This document shows, piece after piece, positions 25,583 to 33,299 of a stretch of 34,106 nt of DNA. The stretch comes from an uncultured Burkholderiaceae bacterium (GTDB lineage: Bacteria; Pseudomonadota; Gammaproteobacteria; Burkholderiales; Burkholderiaceae_C). Position 1 is the first letter of the stretch, and every line of letters starts with the position of its first letter. A model generated the notes under the pieces. The model was not told the DNA's origin and did not search any database. It saw nothing but the letters and a program-made list of their open reading frames with translations. The position numbers were made by a program, and so were the translations under genes. Location of the stretch: positions 12,917 to 47,022 of the forward strand of contig CAYNWR010000001.1 in NCBI GenBank assembly GCA_964400915.1. The letters run 5' to 3'.

Positions 25583-25609
25583 TCAAGTCGGACGCGGGAC
25601 TGTCGATTA
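25583..25609 (+). promoter_or_regulatory. Candidate sigma-28 (FliA) promoter upstream of flgM
   Basis: TCAAGTCG-N11-GTCGATTA compared with the enteric consensus TAAAGTTT-N11-GCCGATAA. It matches 5/8 in the -35 element and 6/8 in the -10 element with exact spacing. It lies in the flgA-flgM gap, about 40 nt upstream of the flgM ATG. Confidence 0.4.
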
Positions 25610-25651
25610 CATTCCCAGGAAAGTCTCGCCCTCGAGACATTGGAGTTGGAA

Positions 25652-25978
25652 ATGAAGATCGGGCAGGGTTCGGATTCGTCGCATGTCGGCCCCGCGGGGT
25701 CTGGCAAGGCCGCGGGTCCAGCGCGCGCGTCCGAGAAGTCGGCGCCGGCTGTGGCAGGCCAGGCACCCGGCGTGCCAGTCTCGGTGTCGGATCTCGCACG
25801 CACGCTCGATGCCAGCCAAAACGCCGATCCGGACATCAACCTGGAACGAGTGGCTGCCGTGAAGGACGCCATTCAAAAAGGAACCTACACCGTCAACGCC
25901 GAAGCCATCGCCGATCGACTGCTGGATTCGGCCGTCGAAGCGATCCGTTCGAATCAGCAGCAAGGATCGGCCGGCTAG
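25652..25978 (+). CDS. flgM: Anti-sigma-28 factor FlgM
   Basis: ATG at 25652 with GGAG SD. 108 aa, low-complexity N-terminal half. C-terminus VAAVKDAIQKGTYTVNAEAIADRLL matches the conserved FlgM sigma-28-binding helix region. Position after flgA is as in flgAMN operons. Confidence 0.88.
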   Translation: MKIGQGSDSSHVGPAGSGKAAGPARASEKSAPAVAGQAPGVPVSVSDLARTLDASQNADPDINLERVAAVKDAIQKGTYTVNAEAIADRLLDSAVEAIRSNQQQGSAG

Positions 25979-26051
25979 CCTGGGTACGGCGAGCCTGGTG
26001 TCGGTTTGGCGATCCGGGCAAGGGGCTTGGCAATTCCAACCGGGTGCCACG

Positions 26052-26474
26052 ATGAAAAGGCCAGCAGCCACGCCAGGCCGCGTTCCCGTTGTACCTGCCG
26101 CAGGGTCGGGCAACGTGGCCCAGCGATTGGGTGAACTGCTGGCTCGGGCGCGAGCCATCAACACACAAATGACCAAGTCCACCGTTGCAGGCGACGCCGA
26201 GGCGCTCGAACGCGACGCCCAGTTGCTGCAAACGGTTGCGCATGAACTTCGCGGGATTCTGGCTCCGCTTCGTGGTCAGGCGATCCCAAGCGCCACCGTC
26301 AAGGCCCTGAAGCTCGAATTTGCGTCCCTCGCCGCGCGACTCAAGATGCAGCGCGAACAGGTGTTGCGGCGCAAGGCTTGGGTGGACCGCAACGCGCGGC
26401 ACCTGATGGGCTCATCAAGCGACCCGACGTACAGCGTCGGCCGGGCCGGCCAACAACTTCCGGTTCGCCACTGA
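26052..26474 (+). CDS. flgN: Putative flagellar export chaperone FlgN
   Basis: Position directly after flgM. About 140 aa, helical. The C-terminal ...SSSDPTYSVGRAGQQ resembles the E. coli FlgN tail (QEPTLYGADGQ). The N-terminal 20 aa are Pro/Ala-rich. The start (ATG 26052 versus track 25998) and the assignment are both moderately uncertain. Confidence 0.55.
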   Translation: MKRPAATPGRVPVVPAAGSGNVAQRLGELLARARAINTQMTKSTVAGDAEALERDAQLLQTVAHELRGILAPLRGQAIPSATVKALKLEFASLAARLKMQREQVLRRKAWVDRNARHLMGSSSDPTYSVGRAGQQLPVRH

Positions 26475-26477
26475 CGC

Positions 26478-26505
26478 GGTCCCCCGGGGGGGTCACCCTT
26501 CTTTC
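26478..26505 (+). terminator. Possible intrinsic terminator after flgN
   Basis: GGTCCCC-cggg-GGGGtcACC imperfect G/C stem (2-nt bulge) followed by cttctttc, immediately after the flgN stop, in the convergent gap with fliA. Confidence 0.3.
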
Positions 26506-26567
26506 ATACACTCATCGGACTCATTTGCCAGCGGCTGCAAGCCCGGTTGGCACCGGACGTCCGGGAT

Positions 26568-27320
26568 TCAGTGGGATCTCATCTTCGAGCGAAGGCGCGC
26601 GATGGACTGGCTGTGAAGCTGACAGACCCGCGACTCCGTCACACCGAGGACCGTCGCGATTTCCTTGAGATTCATGTCCTTCTCGTAGTACATGCTCATG
26701 ACATATTGTTCGCGTTCGGGCAGGGACGATATGGCCTTGACCAACGAGTCGCGCAGACGCTGATCCCGCAGTTGCGCCATGGGATCAGCGGCTTCGTCGC
26801 TGATATGCCTGTCCAGGAAGGCTTCGTCGTCGTCGTGGCCTGTCGCAAGGTCTTCCAGGTAGACCAACTGGGTACCTCGCACCTTGGTCAACAGACCTTG
26901 GTATTCGGCCAGACTCATTCCGAGCTCGGACGCAATTTCCGATTCCAGGGGCGATCGGCCCAGACGTTGCTCCAGGCGGTGCAGGGCAACTTCGATTTCC
27001 TTCTGACTCTTGCGGTTTCCCCGGGACATCCAGTCGCTTTCGCGCAATTCGTCCAGCATGGCACCGCGGATCCGTTGTGATGCGAAGGCCTCGAACTGCA
27101 CCCCTTGCTGTGCCTGGAAGCGATTCAATGCCTCGGTCAAACCAATCATGCCCACTTGAATGAGGTCGTCGATTTCGACGTTGGGCGGCAAACGCGCGAT
27201 CATGTGGTGCGCGAGTCGGCGCACAAGCGGCACGTACTGTCGCAGCATCGCATCGGTGTCGAGTTGTCCCTTGGCTGTGTACATCGAACTCGGGGTCGTC
27301 GCTTGTGCCAGTATCACCAC
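26568..27320 (-). CDS. fliA: Flagellar sigma factor FliA (sigma-28)
   Basis: MYTAKGQLDTDAMLRQYVPLVRRLAHHMIARLPPNVEIDDLIQVGMIGLTEALNRF parallels the E. coli/Pseudomonas FliA N-terminus. Region 4 HTH is LKEIATVLGVTESRVCQLHSQSIARLR. Start is GTG 27320 or ATG 27284. Confidence 0.95.
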   Translation of the reverse strand: MVILAQATTPSSMYTAKGQLDTDAMLRQYVPLVRRLAHHMIARLPPNVEIDDLIQVGMIGLTEALNRFQAQQGVQFEAFASQRIRGAMLDELRESDWMSRGNRKSQKEIEVALHRLEQRLGRSPLESEIASELGMSLAEYQGLLTKVRGTQLVYLEDLATGHDDDEAFLDRHISDEAADPMAQLRDQRLRDSLVKAISSLPEREQYVMSMYYEKDMNLKEIATVLGVTESRVCQLHSQSIARLRSKMRSH

Positions 27321-27364
27321 GTATCGTACCTGTCCCTTTGACGAACTTGCGGCCGTCCTGCCGT

Positions 27365-28807
27365 TCAGGGCCTGTTGCTGGCAAAGATGGGCGGATTCGA
27401 TCTGGCAGAGCCATCGGCAAACAGAAAGCGCAAGTCCTGCTGGCCATAGTCGAAAGCCGCACGCACGGGCGCCCTCATGGAGTGGCGCACCAGTTCTCCG
27501 GACCGTGCCTCCTGCCAGTCATCAGGGACCCGCTGCCCGTTGCCGGTGCCGCACAAGCACACCTGGTTGCGAATCAGGCAGTCGAGAGCCGGGCCGATCC
27601 GCACCGTCTCATCCACCTTGGTCAGAACCGCGGTCATGGCATCCGCGCCCCTCAACCCGGCAATGCTTTCGTCAATCGCATCACCCTGCATGGAGGCCGC
27701 AAGGACCAGCAGGCGATGAACCCGAGGCAGATCAAGGGTGTCGAGCAAGTCCTTGCGTGCAGGATCCCGCGGAGCCAGGCCCATGGTGTCGATGAGGACC
27801 AGGCGCTTGTTGCCCAGCAAACCCAGCAACTCCTGCAGGGCCGCCTTGTCGTGCGCCAGATGCGTCACGATACCCAAGGCGCGACCGTGAGCGCGAAGCT
27901 GTTCATGGGCGCCAGCGCGTTGGGTGTCCAAGGTGATCAGGCCGACACTGGAGGGGCCAAACCGATGTGCGCATTGGGCAGCCAGTTTGGCCGCGCTGGT
28001 TGTCTTTCCCACGCCGGTTGAACCGACCAGGGCAAACACGCCACCCCGCTCGGAAAGTCCTTGTCCATCTGATTCCGTGTGCAGGTTTCGCTCGAGCACA
28101 TCGAGCAGCCAGCGAAAGGCGTCGGGCGCATTCATGCCGGTGGGCATGTGCGAGATGATGGTTCGAGACAGGCTGGTCGAATAGCCCGCGCGTACCAGCT
28201 TGAGCATCAGATTGATCTGAATGGGATCCTGCTGGACTTGACCCAGCCAGTTGAGTGTGTTGAAGCGCTCGTCGATGAATTCCTTCATCGCCTGCAGTTC
28301 TTCCAGCACGCGGCCTGGGATTGAAGGTGACTGGCCAGCGCTGCGCTGCGAATCGTCAGGCGCAGCGGTTGGCTGGTTTGAACCACGGTCTGCTTTTCGA
28401 GCGGGGGTCAGTGGTTCGTCGAAGCGGATGCGGGAATCAGCCTGAGCGGCCTTCTGGATGAAGGTGTCCGCCGATCCGTCGCGCAACTCATGGCGTCGCT
28501 TGAGCATCCGCTCGCGCACATAGTCCTGGAAAGACAAGGTGCTCATGGCCAGTTGCTTGGTATCGTCCTCAACACTGCTGTCCAGATTGGCCGTTGCGGC
28601 GATGGCGCGCGAGGGTGCGATGGGTCTGGGTGTCTGGACAGGCTTGGTTGGTGTGAGTGTGCCCAGCGCCTCCTCTGCCGTGGCCACCACTTCGACACCA
28701 TGGGCTGTGGGCCGATTTGACAGGATGATCGTGCCGTCTCCGAAGGCGTGGCGGGCTTTTGCGAGTGCCTCGCGGGCAGTTGGGGCGGTGAAGCGTTTGA
28801 CGGTCAT
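27365..28807 (-). CDS. flhF: Flagellar biosynthesis SRP-type GTPase FlhF
   Basis: MTVKRFTAPTAREALAKARHAFGDGTIILSNR (FlhF B-domain start). G-domain motifs GSTGVGKTTSAAKLAA, DTMG, TKVDE. Start overlaps the flhA stop (ATGA at 28804-28807). Confidence 0.93.
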   Translation of the reverse strand: MTVKRFTAPTAREALAKARHAFGDGTIILSNRPTAHGVEVVATAEEALGTLTPTKPVQTPRPIAPSRAIAATANLDSSVEDDTKQLAMSTLSFQDYVRERMLKRRHELRDGSADTFIQKAAQADSRIRFDEPLTPARKADRGSNQPTAAPDDSQRSAGQSPSIPGRVLEELQAMKEFIDERFNTLNWLGQVQQDPIQINLMLKLVRAGYSTSLSRTIISHMPTGMNAPDAFRWLLDVLERNLHTESDGQGLSERGGVFALVGSTGVGKTTSAAKLAAQCAHRFGPSSVGLITLDTQRAGAHEQLRAHGRALGIVTHLAHDKAALQELLGLLGNKRLVLIDTMGLAPRDPARKDLLDTLDLPRVHRLLVLAASMQGDAIDESIAGLRGADAMTAVLTKVDETVRIGPALDCLIRNQVCLCGTGNGQRVPDDWQEARSGELVRHSMRAPVRAAFDYGQQDLRFLFADGSARSNPPIFASNRP

Positions 28808-30888
28808 GACAGTGCACCTTTAAGAATAGGGCCGATGCGAATCGTGTGTGTGTCTGGTATTTCGCTGTGGCTAAGAACCTGCAAGCGCGGCGCGACACGA
28901 CGCAACAGGCGCGCGACGGAATTGCGGATGACATCAGGTACCAGCAGGCAGGCGGGAATGCCCATTTCTTCCTGACGCAAGGCAAGGTCTGGCGCCGCCT
29001 TGACGAGAACATCGGCGATGCCGGGGTCCAGGGCAGGCCCGCTGGGGTTGCCGAGCGCCTGCACCAAGACACGCTCCAGACCAGGCTCGATGGCGATGAC
29101 ATTCAGTTCCCGCGCAGGCCCATAGATTTGCTGGACGATGGCGGGTGAAAGCGCAACCCGCACGCGCTTGGCCAACTCCACCGGGTCTGTTGTGGAGGCC
29201 GCATGCTCCGCCAGGGTTTCCACAATGGTTCGGATGTCGCGGATGGGAATCGCCTCATCAAGAAGCAACTGGAGCACCTTTTGGAACACAGTGATGGACA
29301 CCATCTTTGGAACAACTTCCTCGATCAGCCGCGGTGCCATCTTGGCGATGTGTTCGACCAGTTGCTGGGTCTCGGTCCTGCTGAGCAAGCGCGAAGCGTG
29401 CGACTGCATGAGGTGGGAAAGATGCGTGGCCATGACGGTTTGGGCGTCCACCACGGTGAAACCGGCCGTCTGGGCAATTTCCCGTTGCCGCTCATCGATC
29501 CAATGTGCTGGGAGCCCGAACGCCGGATCGGTTGTGGGGGTACCGCTCAAAGGCGTGTTCAGACCCCCCGGGTTGATGGCCAGATACATGCCAGGATAGG
29601 CCTCGCCATCGCCGATCACGACCCCGCGCAACACGATTCGGTAGGCGCTGGGCTTGAGTTCCAGGTTGTCCCTGACATGGACGGGGGGCGGCAGAAATCC
29701 CACTTCGTTGGCGAATTTGCGTCGAACGCCTTTGATTCGACCGAGCAGGTCACCGGACTTGTTCTTGTCGACAAGAGCGATGAGCCGATATCCCAGTTCC
29801 AGGCCCAAGAGATCGACGGGTTGAAGGTCGTCCCATGTGGCCTCGCCGTCAGACGTCGCCACAGGCGCTGGTACGGATGCGGCGGCCACCTGGGCTTCAC
29901 GGCGAGTCAGCCAGTGCGCTGCGATCCCGATGGCAGCCGCGATGACCAGAAAGACAAGGTGCGGCATCCCTGGCACGAGGCCGAGCAAGGCCAGGATGGC
30001 GGCCGTCATGCCCAGAACCTTGGGGGACATCAACACCTGAGAGACGATCTGATGCCCGACATCATGCTCCTTGCCGACACGCGACACCACCATGGCGGCT
30101 GCGACGGAAATCAACAGGGAGGGTACCTGCGCCACCAAGGCATCCCCGATGGCCAGCAAGATGTAGGTGTCCGCGGCACGCGAGACGCTGAGGCCATGTT
30201 GGAAGATGCCGATCGCAAATCCACCGACGATGTTGACCAAGAGAATCAGGATGCCGGCAATCGCATCACCACGCACAAACTTGGACGCACCGTCCATGGA
30301 TCCGAAGAATTCCGCTTCATCGGCAATTTCAGCCCGCCTGCGCTTGGCTTCCCGTTCGTCGATCAGACCGGCATTGAGATCCGCATCAACAGCCATTTGC
30401 TTGCCGGGCATCGCGTCCAGCGTAAAACGCGCTGCAACTTCGGCGATCCGTTCGGAGCCTTTGGTGATCACAACGAAATTGATGACCACCAGAATCGTGA
30501 ACACAATCAAGCCAACGGCAAAATTCCCACCAACAAGAAAGTGTCCGAAAGCCTCGATCACGCTTCCAGCGGCGCCGGGTCCGGTGTGTCCTTCGAGCAG
30601 CACAATGCGGGTCGACGCGACGTTCAGAGACAGTCGCATCAGGGTGGTCAATAGCAACACCGACGGAAACGCCGCAAAGTCCAGGGGCCGCACCATGTAG
30701 GAGGCAACCATGATCACGATCAATGCCGTGGCAATGTTGATCGTGAAAAAGGTGTCCAGCAGCCAAGCCGGCATCGGCAGAACCATCAGGGCAATGACAG
30801 CCAGCGCCAGCATGGGCGCCGCAATGCCGGAAACCGCCCGATGCTTGCCAGCCAATAGTTTGCCGATGGCTGCGCCGAAGTCGTTCAT
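28804..30888 (-). CDS. flhA: Flagellar type III export apparatus protein FlhA
   Basis: 694 aa. [58 protein letters not shown]-type motif (here [10 protein letters not shown]) and a large cytoplasmic C-domain. Confidence 0.97.
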   Translation of the reverse strand: [694 protein letters not shown]

Positions 30889-32039
30889 GCAGCCACCTCA
30901 GCTTGCTTGGTTGTAAGCGGATCCAAGGCTGGATCGACATAGGGCTGTACGAACTCGCCTGGCATGGGCCCCTCGCCCTGGTCGGCCAAGCGCAAGCGAT
31001 AGACGTAGGCGAGGACCTGCGCCACCGCCGTGTACAGAGTTCCAGGGATTTCGCGATCGAGTTCCGCGTGGGTGTACAGCGCACGCGCCAGGATCGGTGA
31101 CTGCAGGACGGGAACCCGGTGCGCGCGGGCGATGTCGCGAATGTGCAGGGCCAAGAGATCGGCGCCCTTGGAGACCACCCTCGGTGCAGTCATGCTGGCT
31201 TCGTCGTAGCGAAGCGCTACCGCAAAGTGGGTAGGGTTCATCAACACCAGGTCGGCTTTGGGCACCGACTTGACACTGTTGCGATTGGCGATTTCACGTT
31301 GCCGAGCGCGCAGCCGACCCTTGACCTGCGGGTTTCCATCGGATTCCTTGTGCTCCTGCTTGACCTCTTCGTGGGACATCCGCAAGCGAGCCTTGCCAAA
31401 GTGGATTTGCAAGGGCACATCCACAATGGCGGCGATGAGCAGTGGCAAGAGCAGCAGGCCCAGACCGGCCGCAATCCACTGGATCACATCTCGTATCGCG
31501 GCGTTGGGTGATTGAGCTGGATATGTCATCAATCCGTCCAGGGCCTGGACCAAATGATGAAAGGCGACCGCGCCGAGCACGACGGCGAGGAAGCTCAGCT
31601 TGATGGTCTCGCTGAGGTGCTCCTTGGAGAAAAGTCGCTTGATGCCACTGAAAGGGCTGATCCGCGAGAAGTCAGGAGCCAGGGGTTTGAAGGAATAAAC
31701 CCAGCCGCCCACTGCCCAGTTGCAAAGGATTGCGAGCAGTCCAATGCCCAGCCCCAGCGCGACACACAGGGCAGCGCCGAACAGGCCGATTTGCCCAAAG
31801 CGATCCACCATGGTGGTCGGCTCACCAAGCCCACGAGCGCTGAACACCAGGTGCTGGGCCAGCCCGGTCTTCGCTGAATCCAGGAAGGTTCGTCCCAGGT
31901 ACCAAATCAGCGCGCCGCCACCAGCGATGACCGCAAGATGGCCAAGGTCGCGAGAACGGCTGACTTGCCCGTCGCGCCTGGCTTGTTGAAGCTTGCGTTC
32001 GGTTGCTGGAAGGTTGCGATCTTGACTGGACGATTCCAT
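30885..32039 (-). CDS. flhB: Flagellar type III export switch protein FlhB
   Basis: N-terminus ...LPATERKLQQARRDGQVSRSRDL. NPTH autocleavage motif (VLMNPTHFAVALRY). 384 aa. Stop overlaps the flhA start (ATGA at 30885-30888). Confidence 0.96.
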   Translation of the reverse strand: MESSSQDRNLPATERKLQQARRDGQVSRSRDLGHLAVIAGGGALIWYLGRTFLDSAKTGLAQHLVFSARGLGEPTTMVDRFGQIGLFGAALCVALGLGIGLLAILCNWAVGGWVYSFKPLAPDFSRISPFSGIKRLFSKEHLSETIKLSFLAVVLGAVAFHHLVQALDGLMTYPAQSPNAAIRDVIQWIAAGLGLLLLPLLIAAIVDVPLQIHFGKARLRMSHEEVKQEHKESDGNPQVKGRLRARQREIANRNSVKSVPKADLVLMNPTHFAVALRYDEASMTAPRVVSKGADLLALHIRDIARAHRVPVLQSPILARALYTHAELDREIPGTLYTAVAQVLAYVYRLRLADQGEGPMPGEFVQPYVDPALDPLTTKQAEVAA

Positions 32040-32152
32040 GGCACACGCGCATTGGGCGTGTGGGAATTGTCAGGATCGGGGCGTTTGTCTAAAGCTCGAA
32101 AAAGCGAGCCTTTAAGTGCCTGTTTACGGGTGCTTGATGCGGTGGGAGTGCT

Positions 32153-32782
32153 TCAAAAACCCAGGCTGGCCAATAAATCGTCGACTTGCGACTGGTCGGT
32201 CACCACGTCCGTATTGCCTTCAGGGTTGACAACTGGGCCCTGCAAGGCTTCTCGTTTTGAATCAGCGATCGTGGCGGGCGTGCCAGCGGGGGCGGTTTGG
32301 AGCAGCAGTTGCACGAGCTGCTCCTCAATGTTGGCAGCCAAACTCACGACACGTGCGATCACTTGGCCCGTCAAATCATGAAAATCCTGCGCCATCATGA
32401 TCTCAGTCAGATGCACGTCCATTTCTCGACCGATGCGTTCAACATCATTGAGGAAGTTGAACAGCTGTCCCGATGCCACAGCCGACACAGGATCCTTGAG
32501 CATGGCGGCTCTTACCGCTTGGGTTTCGACCGAAAGGCGTTCGTGCTCGGCCTTGGCTTGATCCACTCGGTTGAGTACCTTTTCTGCCGCTTCGCCGGTC
32601 AGGCGGGCAATGTAGGTCAGGCGACTCTTGGCATCTGGAATTTCGCCGACGGTTCCACGCAAACGTTCAGCTATCCCCAGTTCGCTCAGCGCATCGTGCA
32701 ACTGACGCGTCAGGTGACCAATTTTGTTATGTACTTCGCCAACCTGCGCGGCGTCGCTTGAAGCGTTGGTGCTGCTGTCCAT
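32153..32782 (-). CDS. cheZ: Chemotaxis phosphatase CheZ
   Basis: IMMAQDFHDLTGQVIARV matches the E. coli MMAQDFQDLTGQVIKR active-site helix, with the Asp and Gln equivalent to D143/Q147 present. The C-terminal CheY-binding peptide QVDDLLASLGF is nearly identical to E. coli QVDDLLDSLGF. Confidence 0.95.
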   Translation of the reverse strand: MDSSTNASSDAAQVGEVHNKIGHLTRQLHDALSELGIAERLRGTVGEIPDAKSRLTYIARLTGEAAEKVLNRVDQAKAEHERLSVETQAVRAAMLKDPVSAVASGQLFNFLNDVERIGREMDVHLTEIMMAQDFHDLTGQVIARVVSLAANIEEQLVQLLLQTAPAGTPATIADSKREALQGPVVNPEGNTDVVTDQSQVDDLLASLGF

Positions 32783-32792
32783 GGCGTTCGCC

Positions 32793-33179
32793 TTAGCGGC
32801 CCAACTTCTTCATGATCAATCCAACTTTCTCTTCCAAGGTGGCTTTGGTGAACGGTTTGACGATGTAGCCAGCAGCACCACCTTGAGCCGCAGCAACGAT
32901 ATCCTCCTTGCGAGCCTCAGCAGTTACCATCAAGACGGGCAGATGCTTGAGCTTTTCGTCCCCTTTGATCTGGCTCAGCAACTGGAATCCGTTCATGTTG
33001 GGCATGTTGATGTCGGACACGACGAAATCAAAATTGCCGTTGCGCAGCTTGTTGAGCGCCACGACGCCGTCTTCGGCCTCGTCTGCTTCTGCGTAACCGA
33101 TCTCCTTGAGCAGATTGCGAACGATTCGACGCATGGTCGAAAAGTCGTCAACGATCAGAAAGCGCAAGTCATTAGCCAC
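32793..33179 (-). CDS. cheY: Chemotaxis response regulator CheY
   Basis: GTG at 33177-33179 with AGGGG SD 6 nt upstream gives 128 aa: (M)[28 protein letters not shown]...[13 protein letters not shown]...VLMVTAEA...YIVKPF. It is colinear with E. coli CheY and has the residues equivalent to D12/D13/D57/T87/K109. The 151-aa track ORF adds an atypical 23-aa leader. Confidence 0.93.
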   Translation of the reverse strand: MANDLRFLIVDDFSTMRRIVRNLLKEIGYAEADEAEDGVVALNKLRNGNFDFVVSDINMPNMNGFQLLSQIKGDEKLKHLPVLMVTAEARKEDIVAAAQGGAAGYIVKPFTKATLEEKVGLIMKKLGR

Positions 33180-33220
33180 AAGGAACCCCTTCGTCTGTGC
33201 CCCTGATATTAGCAAGCCCG

Positions 33221-33235
33221 GCAAGGGGCGTGCCA
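33221..33235 (-). promoter_or_regulatory. Candidate sigma-54 (RpoN) promoter, -24/-12 elements, upstream of cheY
   Basis: The minus strand reads cttgcTGGCACGccccTTGCcggg. That is TGGCAC-N5-TTGC with the invariant GG and GC correctly spaced. It lies in the motB-cheY gap. The -12 element is ~42 nt upstream of the cheY GTG, leaving room for a ~30-nt leader that contains the SD. Confidence 0.5.
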
Positions 33236-33299
33236 GCAAGCGCGCCATTGGCGGGTGGTCGGCGCGACGGGTTCGCTCTGCAGGTCGACATGTGGGCGG

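Noticed and set aside
29203-30654. 483-aa plus-strand ORF antisense to flhA
   Set aside because: Same reasoning. It is fully overlapped by the highly conserved flhA frame, and its composition (R/G/H/D runs) is not protein-like.
32093-32110. Short hairpin GCTCG-N6-CGAGC followed by TTTA downstream of cheZ
   Set aside because: Only 5-6 bp of stem and a 3-nt T run. It is unlikely to be an efficient terminator, so cheZ-flhB read-through seems more likely.
33180-33248. 23-aa N-terminal extension of CheY (track ORF start ATG at 33248)
   Set aside because: CheY homologues begin a few residues before the (K/R)FL(I/V)VDD strand. The GTG at 33179 has an AGGGG SD. The extension ([23 protein letters not shown]) matches nothing in CheY and would bury the sigma-54 motif inside coding sequence.
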